Shown here one piece after another: positions 9,789-20,298 of a stretch of DNA of 64,000 nucleotides (position 1 is the first letter of the stretch; the number at the start of each line of letters is the position of its first letter). Under the pieces are notes generated by a model. That model saw only the letters and a program-made list of their open reading frames with translations, was not told the DNA's origin and made no database searches. This DNA is from Thermoproteota archaeon (GTDB taxonomy: Archaea > Thermoproteota > EX4484-205 > JAAOZP01): positions 32,001 to 96,000 of the forward strand of contig JBNAVT010000001.1 of NCBI GenBank assembly GCA_049700215.1, in the 5' to 3' direction. Both the position numbers and the translations under genes were made by a program.

Positions 9789-10436
9789 ATGTCGGCTAGG
9801 AGAAAAGTTATTTTCTACAAGAGGGTTCTCGAGTTCGGGAAGCTCCACCAGAAGATCGACGATTTCCTAAGGGAGTACTTGAAGGAGGCTGGTTACAATG
9901 GTGTCAGACTGATGAACATCCCGATGGGCCTAGTGGTCACGATATACACTAGTAAGCCGGGGTCTGTTATAGGTCCGGATGGGAGGAGCATAAGGGAGCT
10001 TCAGAATGCTCTCCAGAAAAAGTTTGGGCTTGAGAATCCTCAGGTTAACGTGGCTGAGGTTGAGAACCCTGATCTTGAGCCTCAGCTTGTTGCGCAAATG
10101 ATATGCAGGGCTCTGGAGCGGGGTGTTAAATATCGTAGGGCAGCCAGGGTTGCTCTACGAAGGATTGTCGCAGCCGGGGCCGTGGGGTGTGAGATAAGGA
10201 TAGCTGGTAAGCTGGCGACTGACAGAAGCAGGTTTGAAAAGTTTACGTACGGCTATATGCCTGCAGCCGGGGACCCGGCTATGAAGCATGTTAAAATCGG
10301 GAAGGCGAGCGTGCTGCTGCCGCAGGGCCTGATAGGGGTCAAGGTTAAGATTCTCCGTAAAGCATCCTTCCCAGACGAGGTTCAGATAATAGAGGCTCAG
10401 AAGGAGGCTGTTGAGGTTGGCGAGGCTAAAGGCTAG
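9789..10436 (+). CDS. rps3: 30S ribosomal protein S3
   Basis: KH-domain PGSVIG..G..IREL, GCEIRIAGKL. Confidence 0.95.
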   Translation: MSARRKVIFYKRVLEFGKLHQKIDDFLREYLKEAGYNGVRLMNIPMGLVVTIYTSKPGSVIGPDGRSIRELQNALQKKFGLENPQVNVAEVENPDLEPQLVAQMICRALERGVKYRRAARVALRRIVAAGAVGCEIRIAGKLATDRSRFEKFTYGYMPAAGDPAMKHVKIGKASVLLPQGLIGVKVKILRKASFPDEVQIIEAQKEAVEVGEAKG

Positions 10437-10617
10437 TGAAATAAGATCGATGCCTAGAGAGGAGAGGCTTAAGAGGCTTCGGGAGCTTAGGAGCGAGCTT
10501 ATGATGGCGAGGATGAGGGCTGCCTCAGGGCTGGAGGAGAACACTAAGATGGTTAGAGAGCTAAAACGCGCGATCGCAAGAATACTTACCGTCGAGAAGG
10601 AGGAGGATGGTAAGTGA
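10411..10617 (+). CDS. rpl29: 50S ribosomal protein L29
   Basis: EIRSM..EER...L.ELR, RELKRAIARILT. Confidence 0.93.
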   Translation: MRLARLKASEIRSMPREERLKRLRELRSELMMARMRAASGLEENTKMVRELKRAIARILTVEKEEDGK

Positions 10618-10883
10618 GGACCCCGAGTAACCTTGCGTACCATGAGCTGAATGGTCTGCAGGTTAGGGTTGTGAATTCGAGTAGCGGCTTCACTATTGCT
10701 TCAGGCAGGGTTGTCTGGGAGACGAAGAACACTTTCACCATACTGTCTGAGAAAGGCAGGCGTCTAAAAATACCTAAGCATGGTAACAGGTTCATTTTCA
10801 AACTTGGCGCTGCGGAAGTAGCCATTAACGGGGGCTCGATTGCTTTCAGGCCTGAGGACAGGACTGGGAGGGTTGACCCGTGA
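10614..10883 (+). CDS. rnp1: RNase P protein subunit Rpp29/POP4
   Basis: HELNGL.V.V, G.VVWETKNT, IPK; canonical position. Confidence 0.9.
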   Translation: MRTPSNLAYHELNGLQVRVVNSSSGFTIASGRVVWETKNTFTILSEKGRRLKIPKHGNRFIFKLGAAEVAINGGSIAFRPEDRTGRVDP

Positions 10884-11203
10884 GCTTTCTTAAGGATCTT
10901 AGCATTTCTCCCCCGGAAGCCGGGTGCAGCGACAAGAAGTGTCCGTTCCACGGCGACGTGAAGATTAGGGGGAGTGTTTTCGAGGGGGTTGTCGTCTCAG
11001 ACAGAATGAGGAACACTGTGATCGTTATGAGAGAATACCTGCAGTATGTTCCGAAGTATAAGCGTTACATGAGGAAGAGGAGCAGAATACCTTCTCACAA
11101 CCCTCCCTGCGTCTCCGCCAGGACGGGGGATAGAGTTATAATAGGTGAAAGCAGGCCTTTAAGCAAGACGGTGCACTTCGTCGTGCTGGGGAAGGTGAAG
11201 TAG
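10880..11203 (+). CDS. rps17: 30S ribosomal protein S17
   Basis: CSDKKCPFHG, KYKRY, SRPLSKT. Confidence 0.96.
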   Translation: MSFLKDLSISPPEAGCSDKKCPFHGDVKIRGSVFEGVVVSDRMRNTVIVMREYLQYVPKYKRYMRKRSRIPSHNPPCVSARTGDRVIIGESRPLSKTVHFVVLGKVK

Positions 11204-11204
11204 C

Positions 11205-11642
11205 ATGGCTGTGAAGAAATCCAGAGCGGTTTCCGCGAGAGGCATCTTAGAGTATAGGCTGAGGGGCTCCAGGGGTCTCCCAGTCGGAGCAAACCTTGTC
11301 TGCGCGGACAATTCTGGGGCTAAGCTCCTCAGGATTGTTCAGGTGGCTAAGTCCGGGGGACGGCTTAGGCGTCTACCTTCAGCCAAGGTCGGCGACCTGG
11401 TTACGGTTTCTGTTAAAAAGGGTACTCCCGACCTTAAGAACAAGCTTATGAAAGCGATAATAGTTAGGCAGCGTTTCCCCATAAGGAGGAGGGATGGTTT
11501 AAGAGTTGTTTTCGAGGATAATGCGGCTGTGCTTATGACGCCTGAAGGAGACTTGAAGGGTACTGAGGTTAAGGGACCGGTTGCCAAGGAGGCTGTAGAC
11601 CTGTGGCCTAAGCTTTCAGCACTAGCTTCATCGGTGGTGTAG
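11205..11642 (+). CDS. rpl14: 50S ribosomal protein L14
   Basis: CADNSGAK, FEDNAAV, KGPVAKEA. Confidence 0.97.
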   Translation: MAVKKSRAVSARGILEYRLRGSRGLPVGANLVCADNSGAKLLRIVQVAKSGGRLRRLPSAKVGDLVTVSVKKGTPDLKNKLMKAIIVRQRFPIRRRDGLRVVFEDNAAVLMTPEGDLKGTEVKGPVAKEAVDLWPKLSALASSVV

Positions 11643-11650
11643 GTGGGAGA

Positions 11651-11998
11651 ATGAACGAGAGACATTTAGCATACAGGGCTTCCTCCGTCCATCTGAGCCG
11701 TGAACTCAGGGGCAAGTATGGTTTTAGAAGCCTGCCTGTTAGAGCCGGGGACAGGGTCATGATAATCAGGGGAGACTATAAGGGTGTTGAGGGTGATGTG
11801 AACAGGGTTGACAGGGTAAGGGGCCGTGTTTACGTTTCAGGAGTCTACCGTGAGAATGCTCGCGGCGAGCAGCGCTTAATACCCATACCGTTAAGCTCTG
11901 TGATACTTGTTAAGATTGAGGATAAGGACAAGTGGAGGCAGCGCTTGATAGAGAGGAAGCGTGGGGCCGTTAAGGAGGCTTCGCAAAATGGCTCGTAA
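11651..11998 (+). CDS. rpl24: 50S ribosomal protein L24 (uL24)
   Basis: LSRELRGKYG.RSLPVRAGD.V.I.RG KOW motif. Confidence 0.93.
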   Translation: MNERHLAYRASSVHLSRELRGKYGFRSLPVRAGDRVMIIRGDYKGVEGDVNRVDRVRGRVYVSGVYRENARGEQRLIPIPLSSVILVKIEDKDKWRQRLIERKRGAVKEASQNGS

Positions 11999-12710
11999 AG
12001 GCGGTTCTAAGAGTCTAAAGAGGTATGCTGCACCATCCGTAATGCAGGTTTCAAGCGTTAAGGAGAGGAAGTTCATCACCCGGCCCCAGCCCGGTCCGCA
12101 CAGCCTCAAAATGTCCCTGCCGTTACAGGTTCTCGTCAGAGACATTTTGAAAATGGCTGAAACTGGTAGGGAGGCGAAATACGTGATAAGCCACTCAATG
12201 GTTCTCGTAGACGGGGTTGTTAGGACTTCCCACAGGTTTCCAGTAGGCTTAATGGATGTTGTAAGCATGAAGGAGCTTGGCAAACACTACCGGGTTCTAG
12301 TGGACAAAAAGGGTAGGCTCATCCCGGTTGAAATACCGCCGGAGGAGGCTTCCATGAAAATATGCAGGATAAACAGGAAATACCTTTACAAGGGTAGGCT
12401 GAGACTCGCTACTGAGGATGGGAGAACATTTGAAACAGACGACTCGTCTCTGAACGTAGGGGGCTCGCTCCTAGTTAGGGTTCCGGAGGGCGCTATCCTA
12501 GACAAGGCGCCTCTCTCCGAGGGGAGCCTCGCATACGTGTTCATGGGTAAGCATACTGGCACCATGGGTACTGTTAGAAGAATCTCTGGGTCGAGCCTAG
12601 TTAGAGAGAGCATTGTTACGCTGGGGCTTGAAGACGGGAGTGAGGTAAACACGGTCAGGGACTACGTTATTATCGTTGGGAGGGATAAGCCTTGGCTGAA
12701 ACTGTTCTAG
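11988..12710 (+). CDS. rps4e: 30S ribosomal protein S4e
   Basis: LKRYAAP, PGPH, VDG.VR...FPVGLMDV. Confidence 0.96.
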   Translation: MARKGGSKSLKRYAAPSVMQVSSVKERKFITRPQPGPHSLKMSLPLQVLVRDILKMAETGREAKYVISHSMVLVDGVVRTSHRFPVGLMDVVSMKELGKHYRVLVDKKGRLIPVEIPPEEASMKICRINRKYLYKGRLRLATEDGRTFETDDSSLNVGGSLLVRVPEGAILDKAPLSEGSLAYVFMGKHTGTMGTVRRISGSSLVRESIVTLGLEDGSEVNTVRDYVIIVGRDKPWLKLF

Positions 12711-13231
12711 ACGAGAGGAAAGCACAGGAGAATCCTATGAGGAGGATAATGATCGAGAAGGTTGTTGTTAACATTTCCCCCGGGAAGCCGGGTGAGCCCC
12801 TTGAGAAGGCTAAGCAAGTTTTAACACTTCTAACCGGCATGAAGCCTGTTGAAAGAAGGGCTAGGAAAACAATAAAGGAGTTCGGCGTAAGGAGGCGTGA
12901 AGCCATAGCTGCAATAGTGACTCTAAGGGGCAGGAAGGCTGAGGAGTTCCTCGAGAAGGCTTTCACCGCCGTCGGCAGGAGGGTTAAGGCTTCCAGCTTT
13001 CAGAACGGGGTCTTCAGCTTCGGCGTGAAGGAGCATATTCAGTTTCCAGGGGTTAAGTATGATCCTAAGATCGGTGTACTGGGCATGGATGTCTGCGTTA
13101 AGCTTTGCAGGCCAGGGTTCCGCGTGACGTATAGGAGGCGCCGGAGGAGCAGGGTGGGCAGGGCTCACAGGATAACAAGGGAGGAGACGATTAACTTTAT
13201 GAGGGAGCGTTTTGGGCTGGAGGTTGTCTGA
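12692..13231 (+). CDS. rpl5: 50S ribosomal protein L5
   Basis: [30 protein letters not shown]. Confidence 0.96.
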   Translation: MAETVLDERKAQENPMRRIMIEKVVVNISPGKPGEPLEKAKQVLTLLTGMKPVERRARKTIKEFGVRRREAIAAIVTLRGRKAEEFLEKAFTAVGRRVKASSFQNGVFSFGVKEHIQFPGVKYDPKIGVLGMDVCVKLCRPGFRVTYRRRRRSRVGRAHRITREETINFMRERFGLEVV

Positions 13232-13233
13232 AA

Positions 13234-13395
13234 ATGGCTCGGCAAACCCCTAAGAAGAGGACTTTCGGCAAGGGTTCTAGACCCTGCGTGAGGTGCGGCG
13301 CATACGGGCCGGTAATCAGACAGTACGGCCTGAACTATTGTAGACACTGCTTCAGGGAGGTTGCTCCACTACTGGGCTTCAGGAAGTATAATTAG
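13234..13395 (+). CDS. rps14: 30S ribosomal protein S14 (uS14), not in ORF track
   Basis: Manual translation [22 protein letters not shown]...[21 protein letters not shown]. Confidence 0.95.
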   Translation: MARQTPKKRTFGKGSRPCVRCGAYGPVIRQYGLNYCRHCFREVAPLLGFRKYN

Positions 13396-13407
13396 GGTGT
13401 TGCGCGA

Positions 13408-13800
13408 ATGACTCTTAATGATCCCCTGGCCAACGCGTTGACGGCTCTTCAAAACGCTGACTTGCGCAGGAAGAGGGAGTGCGTAATCTCTCCTGCTTCA
13501 AACCTCATCGGCCACGTGCTTAAGATTCTCCAGCAATCAGGCTACATAGGCGAGTTCGAGTTTATAGATGACGGTAAAGCAGGCTTCTTCAGGGTTCAGC
13601 TCGTCGGGAGGATCAACAAGTGTAGGGCGATTAAGCCCAGGTTCCCAGCATCCTACCGCGATATTGAGAAGTTTGAGAAAATGTTTCTCCCGGCTTACAG
13701 CGTTGGGCTTCTAATCGTTTCAACACCCCAGGGCTTAATGACACACTCAGAGGCTAAGAGCAAGAAGGTTGGAGGAAGGCTGATCGCGTATGTCTACTAG
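13408..13800 (+). CDS. rps8: 30S ribosomal protein S8
   Basis: [28 protein letters not shown]. Confidence 0.97.
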   Translation: MTLNDPLANALTALQNADLRRKRECVISPASNLIGHVLKILQQSGYIGEFEFIDDGKAGFFRVQLVGRINKCRAIKPRFPASYRDIEKFEKMFLPAYSVGLLIVSTPQGLMTHSEAKSKKVGGRLIAYVY

Positions 13801-14359
13801 CGCTCTCGAGCCTGCTGTGCATTCGGCAACCGTGGAAATACCTGATGGTGTAAGAATCAGCCTGCAGTATTCAACTGTGACTGTTGAGGGGCCTCTTGGA
13901 AAGCTTTCCAGAGACTTTTCACACACCGGTTTGAAACTTGCTCTAGAAGGAAACGTTCTAAAGGTTTTCAGCGTGAACAAGGGTAGAAGGTTTAAGGCGA
14001 GGGTTGGAACCGTCGCGAAGCTTGTTAGGAACATGATCGAAGGCGTTCTCCACGGTTACGTCGCTAGGTTGAAAGTCGTCTATTCCCACTTCCCCGTCAC
14101 GGTTAAGTATGATAAGCATACTGGAACGGTTTCCATACATAATTTCATGGGTGAGAAGTCGCCTAGGCTCTTCAAAATACCTTTTCCAAACGTTGACATT
14201 CAGGTTTCGGGTCAAGACATAACCGTCACGGGGCTCGACAAGAACGAGGTTACTCAGGTTGCAGCCATGTTCGAATTAGCAACCAAGATTAAGGATAAGG
14301 ATCCAAGGATCTACGTCGACGGCATATACGTTGTTGAGAAAGGATTATGGAGGAAGTGA
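13790..14359 (+). CDS. rpl6: 50S ribosomal protein L6
   Basis: [23 protein letters not shown]. Confidence 0.96.
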   Translation: MSTSALEPAVHSATVEIPDGVRISLQYSTVTVEGPLGKLSRDFSHTGLKLALEGNVLKVFSVNKGRRFKARVGTVAKLVRNMIEGVLHGYVARLKVVYSHFPVTVKYDKHTGTVSIHNFMGEKSPRLFKIPFPNVDIQVSGQDITVTGLDKNEVTQVAAMFELATKIKDKDPRIYVDGIYVVEKGLWRK

Positions 14360-14775
14360 AGATGACTCCTGAAGCTAGGAAGCTGCTCTCCGCCAGGAGG
14401 AGGCGGAAGGAAACAAAGCCTGAGTTCGTCAGGCAGGAGAGCTGGCGCTACATCAGGCTTAGTGAAAACTGGCGTAGGCCTAGGGGGAAGGATAGTAAGA
14501 TGAGGCTCAGCGTCAAGGGCTGGCCTAAGACTGTCAACATTGGCTACGGCACGCCGAGGCCGGCTAGGGGCCTCCATCCCTCAGGCCTAAAGCCAGTCCT
14601 CGTCTCCTCAAAGCGAGACTTGGAGAAAGCAGGTTCACCGGAGGGTAAGATACTGGTCTTCTCCTCCAGGCTCGGCAGGAGGCTGAGGGAGGCTCTTGCC
14701 AAGGAGGCTTCTTCCAGAGGCTTCGCTATAGCGAACTACGAGAGGAAGGTTATTGAGAAGGCTGAGGAGGGTTAG
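14347..14775 (+). CDS. rpl32e: 50S ribosomal protein L32e
   Basis: FVRQES, WRRPRGKDSKMR, RGLHPSG. Confidence 0.96.
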   Translation: MEEVKMTPEARKLLSARRRRKETKPEFVRQESWRYIRLSENWRRPRGKDSKMRLSVKGWPKTVNIGYGTPRPARGLHPSGLKPVLVSSKRDLEKAGSPEGKILVFSSRLGRRLREALAKEASSRGFAIANYERKVIEKAEEG

Positions 14776-14778
14776 GGG

Positions 14779-15210
14779 TTGAGCATTAAGACTGTTAGGA
14801 GACTGGCTGCTGACATCATGAAGGTCGGGGAGTCGAGAATCTGGATAGACCCGGCGAGGATTGAAGAGGTTGAGGATGCTATCACAAGGGCTGACGTCAG
14901 GAGGCTTATTAAAAGCGGCGTGATAAGGGAGAAGCCTCCCTCAACCCCGAGCCGGGGGAGGGTTAGGGAGAGAAGCGGGAGAAGAGGCCCTGGAAGCAGG
15001 AAGGGCGCCAAGGGCGCCAGGATGACTGTGACATGGGTTGAGAGAGTCAGGGCTCAGAGAAGTCTTCTAAAGCAGCTTAGGGACAAGGGGGTTGTTTCCA
15101 GGAGGCTCTACAGGAGGCTCTACCTGATGGTTAAGGGGGGAGCTTTCTCCAGCAGGAGGGTTTTAATGAACTATGTTGCTTCGCTGAAGGAGAGGGGTGA
15201 GGCGGCTTAA
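14779..15210 (+). CDS. rpl19e: 50S ribosomal protein L19e
   Basis: RRLAADI.KVG..RIWIDP, GPGSRKG. Confidence 0.96.
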   Translation: MSIKTVRRLAADIMKVGESRIWIDPARIEEVEDAITRADVRRLIKSGVIREKPPSTPSRGRVRERSGRRGPGSRKGAKGARMTVTWVERVRAQRSLLKQLRDKGVVSRRLYRRLYLMVKGGAFSSRRVLMNYVASLKERGEAA

Positions 15211-15785
15211 TGGCTAGGTCAGCATCCTACAGGGTTAAGTTTAAGCGTCGCAGGAATGGTTTTACAGACTACTATCTGAGAACCAAGCTTCTCAGGTCAG
15301 GCTTACCAAGGGTCGTCGTAAGGGTTTCGAACAAGCATGTACGCGTGACGGTTGTTTCAAGCAGGCCTACGGGTGACATTGTGGTTGCTTCAGCGTTTTC
15401 CCAGGAGCTTAAAGGATTCGGCTGGCCCTTCAGCTTCAACAATACTCCGGCAGCCTATCTTACAGCATACTTAGCTGGATTAAGGTGTTTGAAGAAAAAT
15501 GTTTCAGAGGGTATTCTAGACGCTGGGCTCAGTAAGCCGACTAAGGGTGGAAGAATATATGCTGCTTGCAGCGGGCTTCTAGACGCGGGCTTTAAGGTGA
15601 GGGTTGATCCGTCTATGCTTCCGGATAAGGTCAGGATAACGGGGGGACACATAGTCAGCTTTTTCAAAGAATCTGGGGGGCAAGGTTTTTCAAGGTATGT
15701 TGAAGCCGGCCTGAAGGTGGAGGAGATGCCGAGAATACTGGAGGAGGTTAAAAGCAGGATTAGGGAGGCTGTTGGAAATGGCTGA
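15210..15785 (+). CDS. rpl18: 50S ribosomal protein L18 (uL18)
   Basis: YRVKFKRRR..TDY, NTPAAYLT. Confidence 0.96.
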   Translation: MARSASYRVKFKRRRNGFTDYYLRTKLLRSGLPRVVVRVSNKHVRVTVVSSRPTGDIVVASAFSQELKGFGWPFSFNNTPAAYLTAYLAGLRCLKKNVSEGILDAGLSKPTKGGRIYAACSGLLDAGFKVRVDPSMLPDKVRITGGHIVSFFKESGGQGFSRYVEAGLKVEEMPRILEEVKSRIREAVGNG

Positions 15786-16437
15786 GGAGGAGGCGGGGGA
15801 GCCTGAGGAGGAAGTCGGGGAGATCACCGTAGAAACCCCTTTAATAAGGATGATTAAAGAGGGCAGGGTTTCATCGGTTGAAGACGTTTTCAACATGGGT
15901 CTGAAGATAAGGGAGCCTGAGGCGATAGACCTTCTGCTGCGCAAGATAAGGGAGGAAGTCATATCGATGAGCCCTGTTCAGAAGCAGAGCGACGCTGGCG
16001 AGAAGACTCGTTTCAGAGCACTCGTGGTCGTCGGGGATGAGGACGGTCACGTCGGCATAGGCTCAGCCAAGGCTAAGCAGGTTAGGGATGCGATTGAGAA
16101 GGCTGCGAGGAAGGCCAGGCTGAACATAATACCTGTGCCAAGGGGATGCGGCTCATGGGAGTGTAAATGCGGGGAGCCCCACTCAATACCTTCTAAAACA
16201 TTCGGGAAGACTGGAAGCGTCTATGTCGCCTTCTTCCCCGGACCCAAGGGCCTCGGCCTAGTTGTAGGGGATGCTGCGAAGCCTCTTTTCAGGCTCGCCG
16301 GAATAAGGGACGTATGGTCTAAGACTAAGGGCTCAACCTCTACCAGCCACTCGTTCGTAGCTGCCGCCTACTCTGCTCTGAAAAGGCTTTACACAACTAG
16401 TTTCCTAGCTTCGGAGGCTGCTCGCGTTGAAGGCTGA
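15778..16437 (+). CDS. rps5: 30S ribosomal protein S5
   Basis: VQKQSDAGE.TRF, RGCGSWEC.C..PHS. Confidence 0.96.
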   Translation: MAEEEAGEPEEEVGEITVETPLIRMIKEGRVSSVEDVFNMGLKIREPEAIDLLLRKIREEVISMSPVQKQSDAGEKTRFRALVVVGDEDGHVGIGSAKAKQVRDAIEKAARKARLNIIPVPRGCGSWECKCGEPHSIPSKTFGKTGSVYVAFFPGPKGLGLVVGDAAKPLFRLAGIRDVWSKTKGSTSTSHSFVAAAYSALKRLYTTSFLASEAARVEG

Positions 16438-16918
16438 GGAAAACCTTCCTCCGCTTGCAGTCGTCGTCAGAGTAAGGGGGTCTGTCAACGTTACCAGGGA
16501 TGTTTCAGCCACGCTGAGGAAGCTCAGGCTTCTCAGGGTGAACTCGTCGACGCTCGTCAGGCTAACCCCCCCGGTTGAAGGCATGTTGAGAAGGGTGAAG
16601 GAGCATGTTTTCTGGGGCAGGGTGGATAAAAACATGCTTCGCCTGCTGCTCTTGAAGAGAGGAAGGCTTCCGGGAGACAGGCGTTTAAGCGACGAGAATG
16701 TTTCAAAATACACTAGGTACCGGACGCTGGATGAGCTGGTTGAAGCAGTCTGGCTTAGCAGCTCTCCGGCTGAAGCCATCAAGCCTGTTAAACCTGTTTT
16801 CAGGCTAACCCCGCCTAAGGGCGGTTTTAAGAGGAGTGTTAAGAAGCCTGTTAAGAAGGGCGGGATACTGGGAGACTGGGGCGATAGAGTAGGCTGGATA
16901 CTGAGACGGATGGTCTAG
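16427..16918 (+). CDS. rpl30: 50S ribosomal protein L30 (uL30)
   Basis: VVRVRG, TL..LRL, FRLTPPKGG. Confidence 0.94.
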   Translation: MKAEENLPPLAVVVRVRGSVNVTRDVSATLRKLRLLRVNSSTLVRLTPPVEGMLRRVKEHVFWGRVDKNMLRLLLLKRGRLPGDRRLSDENVSKYTRYRTLDELVEAVWLSSSPAEAIKPVKPVFRLTPPKGGFKRSVKKPVKKGGILGDWGDRVGWILRRMV

Positions 16919-17048
16919 CTGCCGGATACGGCTGAAGGCTTTTTAAAGCTGTTGCGGATTAATGGATGATGGTGGAAAACCGGTTTAAGGCTTGCGCTGA
17001 CCAAACGGTAAGGGTTAAAAAGTCCAGAATACTCCTCTCGCCGAGAAA

Positions 17049-17468
17049 TTGCCGACCAGGTTGAGAAAAGTTAGGAGGATGCGGGGCAGCAGGACCCACG
17101 GCTGGGGCCAGATAGGCCAGCACCGTAAATCAGGGTCGAGGGGCGGCGTTGGCAGGGCTGGCAGCATGGGGCACAAGTTTCTAATGTTCTACAAGGAGGA
17201 GAAGGATAAGGGTTTCATAAGGAGGGTTCCAAAGGCTGAGGGGAAAAGGATAAACGTCGGGGAACTGGATGAACTCTTCAGGAGGACGCGTGGGCAGGCC
17301 GCGGAGGGTGAGAAAACACTGGATCTTGCTGCGCTCGGCTATTCTAAGCTTCTGGGTTCGGGGAGTGTTTCCACAGCCTACGTGGTTAGGGTTGCCTCCT
17401 GCAGCGAGAAGGCGAGGATGAAGGTGGAGGCTAAGGGCGGTAGGATTGTTAAGCCTGGTGAACCCTGA
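17049..17468 (+). CDS. rpl15: 50S ribosomal protein L15
   Basis: RGSRTHGWG..GQHR.SG.RGG.G. Confidence 0.96.
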   Translation: MPTRLRKVRRMRGSRTHGWGQIGQHRKSGSRGGVGRAGSMGHKFLMFYKEEKDKGFIRRVPKAEGKRINVGELDELFRRTRGQAAEGEKTLDLAALGYSKLLGSGSVSTAYVVRVASCSEKARMKVEAKGGRIVKPGEP

Positions 17469-18874
17469 TGGGCTTCCTGGAAGCCATGGAGAGCATCGAG
17501 CCATACGTCCCCCAGATAGAGGCCCCGACTAGAAAGGTTAGCTTCACTACAAGGCTGATGTGGACAGGGCTCGTGCTAGCGCTCTACCTGGTTATGGGCT
17601 ATGTTCCTCTCTACGGGGTTGGAAGCCAGGGAGCTGACCCATGGGCGTCCTACAGGATCATAATAGGGGGGCAGCAGGGTTCTCTCCTACACCTCGGCAT
17701 CGGCCCCCTCGTGACAGGCAGCCTCGTAGTACAGCTTCTAGCGGGCTCAGGCTTGATCAGGTATGACCCGGGCTCAGAGTATGACAGGAGGATGCTGCAG
17801 GTTGCTACGAAGCTGGCTACCCTTCTGCTTATCCTCTTCTCAGCCGGCTCGACTGTTTTCAGCGGGTCGCTGGGGGCATTGAGTTTGAAGGCTGAAATCA
17901 TAGCTATGGTGCAGCTCTCAATAGCCTCGATCCTACTGCTATTCATGGATGAGACGCTTCAAAAAGGCTGGGGCCTGGGCAGCGGGATAAGCCTCTTCAT
18001 ACTTGCCGGTGTAGCTAAGGAGATATGGCTGGGCTGTTTAAACCCGCTCCCGGCGCCCGACGGCTACATGTGGGGAGTGCTGCTCTTCTTCTTCCAGAAG
18101 GCTTTCGCTCTTAAAAGCCCTCTGGCCGACTTCTTCTACAGGGGTGCCCCGACGGTTCCCACGATTTTCCAGCTGATTGTAACCGTGGTCTTCATACTCG
18201 TGCTCATCTACCTTGAAAACGTTAGGATTAACGTTCCTATTTCACACGGGCGTTTCAGAGGCTTCTCCAGAGGCTTCCCCATTAGGCTGCTTTACGTTTC
18301 GAATATTCCAGTCATTCTCGCGGCGGCAATATTCTCAAACATACAGCTGATGGCTAATGTTGCGAGTGGAACCTGGCTCGCCAACACTCCGGTGGCTGAT
18401 TTCATAGGCAGGGTTGAAGTGGTTAACAACACGTATGTTCCTGTTTCAGGCTTAGCTTGGCTTGTGAATCCTCCGCGAGGCATCACGCATGTTGCTGCAG
18501 AGCCTCTTCGTGCAGTAGGCTACATACTACTGCTCGCCCTCTTAAGCCTAGGCCTGTCAATGGTTTGGCTCTCTGTTTCAGGCATGGATGCTAAATCGGT
18601 TTCCTCTCAGCTGGTTGACTCAGACGTTTTTCTAAGGGGCTTCAGGTCCACCCCGGGAGTGATTGAGAGTAAAATAGCCCCGTACATAAACACGGTTGCG
18701 CTGCTGGGGGGTTTGATTATCGGGCTTATCGCGGGCGTTGGGGACGTGCTAGCCGTCATAGGCGGGGGCATGGGTGTCCTGCTGGCGGTGGACATAGTGC
18801 AGCAGTACTACCAGTTAATCATGGAGGAGACTATTGAAACCCACCCCGGCCTGCTTAGGGTGCTGGGAAAGTAG
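17468..18874 (+). CDS. secY: Preprotein translocase SecY
   Basis: LGIGPLVT, GWGLGSGISLFI, LLYVSNIPVI; multiple TM segments. Confidence 0.96.
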   Translation: MGFLEAMESIEPYVPQIEAPTRKVSFTTRLMWTGLVLALYLVMGYVPLYGVGSQGADPWASYRIIIGGQQGSLLHLGIGPLVTGSLVVQLLAGSGLIRYDPGSEYDRRMLQVATKLATLLLILFSAGSTVFSGSLGALSLKAEIIAMVQLSIASILLLFMDETLQKGWGLGSGISLFILAGVAKEIWLGCLNPLPAPDGYMWGVLLFFFQKAFALKSPLADFFYRGAPTVPTIFQLIVTVVFILVLIYLENVRINVPISHGRFRGFSRGFPIRLLYVSNIPVILAAAIFSNIQLMANVASGTWLANTPVADFIGRVEVVNNTYVPVSGLAWLVNPPRGITHVAAEPLRAVGYILLLALLSLGLSMVWLSVSGMDAKSVSSQLVDSDVFLRGFRSTPGVIESKIAPYINTVALLGGLIIGLIAGVGDVLAVIGGGMGVLLAVDIVQQYYQLIMEETIETHPGLLRVLGK

Positions 18875-18974
18875 CCAGAAACATTTATTTAACAACAGTT
18901 TTTTCAGTGATTAAGCATGGCGCGTAATGTTGAGCATCCGGCTGCGAATTGTTTAAACCCGTGTTCAGTGGGGG

Positions 18975-19433
18975 GTGAGAAGGTTGTCCGCTAGTGGGGT
19001 TGCCATGGTTACGCTGGTTACAGCAGTCTCCTCGCTCCTGGGTCACTTAGTTCTGAAATTCGTCCTCCACCCTGAGAGAATGCGGTTGAAGACGGAGGAG
19101 TTGAAAGCATACAGGTTGGAGCGTGATGCCGCAACCAAGCTTAAGGACCAGAAGCTTCTTAAAAAGCTCGACAAGCAGAAGGTATACATGTCTAAGGTTG
19201 AGCAGGAGGTCTCCTCCTTCCAGCTTAAAACAATGCTTGTTAACATGGGCATCATGTTTTCAGCATTCTACTTTCTATGGTTCACCATACCTATGGGGGA
19301 TGTGGCTGGCCGCTTCTCAGCGTCGCTCTACGGCGGAAACGAGGAAATACAGTTAAGCTACGGCCTCTGGTACTTCATAGCTCTCTCCTTCTTCATACAG
19401 GTCTTCCGGAAGGCGTTTGGAGTAGGCGGCTGA
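18975..19433 (+). CDS. DUF106/EMC3-Oxa1-superfamily membrane protein
   Basis: TM-coiled coil-TM-TM layout, WYF motif, canonical position after secY. Confidence 0.8.
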   Translation: MRRLSASGVAMVTLVTAVSSLLGHLVLKFVLHPERMRLKTEELKAYRLERDAATKLKDQKLLKKLDKQKVYMSKVEQEVSSFQLKTMLVNMGIMFSAFYFLWFTIPMGDVAGRFSASLYGGNEEIQLSYGLWYFIALSFFIQVFRKAFGVGG

Positions 19434-19434
19434 G

Positions 19435-19998
19435 GTGGTTTGGTTGAAGAGGCCGAGAAACCCGATAATAATAATAACGGGCCTGCACGGGGTTGGGAAA
19501 TCAACTTTCGCAGCCCCGCTTGCAAGAGAGTTCAACCTTAAGTATGTTTCAACGGGCTCCGTTTTCCGTTCGATAGCTGAAAAGAAGGGGTTGACGCTCG
19601 CCCAGCTCTCAGAGCTCTGCAAGAAATCTCCCGAGTTCGACAGGGAGATAGACAGCGTTACTCTCTCTCTGCTCGACTCAGGCGGGGTTGTTCTAGACAG
19701 TCTCCTCGCAGGATGGTTCGCCAAGGGTGTTGAGTCCTTCAAAATATATTTGAAGGCGCCTTTCGAAGAAAGGTGCAGGAGGATCGCCGTCAGGGAGAAA
19801 AGGCCGTTTGAAGAAGTAGTTTCTGAAACCCTTACCAGGGAGGACTCGGAGAGGAAAAGGTTCGTTGAATACTACGGGTTTAACATTGATGATCTGAGCA
19901 TCTACGACATTGTTATCGACACAGGGAGCCTCTCCCAGGAATCAGTCGGTGGAATACTTAAGTTAGCCGTCTCAGCCTACTTAAAGGAGAAATGGTGA
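19435..19998 (+). CDS. cmk: Cytidylate kinase (archaeal type)
   Basis: P-loop ITGLHGVGKST, STG.VFR, RF..YYG..I.DLSIYD.VIDT. Confidence 0.9.
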   Translation: MVWLKRPRNPIIIITGLHGVGKSTFAAPLAREFNLKYVSTGSVFRSIAEKKGLTLAQLSELCKKSPEFDREIDSVTLSLLDSGGVVLDSLLAGWFAKGVESFKIYLKAPFEERCRRIAVREKRPFEEVVSETLTREDSERKRFVEYYGFNIDDLSIYDIVIDTGSLSQESVGGILKLAVSAYLKEKW

Positions 19999-20004
19999 TG
20001 GAGA

Positions 20005-20298
20005 ATGCCTAGGGAAGTGTTGCGACCAGGAAGGATTTGCGTGATAACCCGCGGCAGAGACAAGGGGAAGAAATGCGTCGTAGTCGGCAGCGTTGACGAT
20101 ACGAGTGTTCTCGTAACCGGTCCGAAGGAGTTGAACGGCGTTAAGAGGGGTAGGAAGAACATCCTCCATCTCATGCCTCTCGCTGAAAACGTTAGAGTAA
20201 GGGTTAACTCTAAGGATGAGACTGTTCTAGCAGCCCTGGAGAAAAGCGGCTTGAAAGAATTCATGAGGGAGATAATGAGGGTTGAGGATGCTGGTTGA
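20005..20298 (+). CDS. rpl14e: 50S ribosomal protein L14e
   Basis: GRICV...GRD.GKKCVVV, VLVTGP..L.GVKR. Confidence 0.94.
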   Translation: MPREVLRPGRICVITRGRDKGKKCVVVGSVDDTSVLVTGPKELNGVKRGRKNILHLMPLAENVRVRVNSKDETVLAALEKSGLKEFMREIMRVEDAG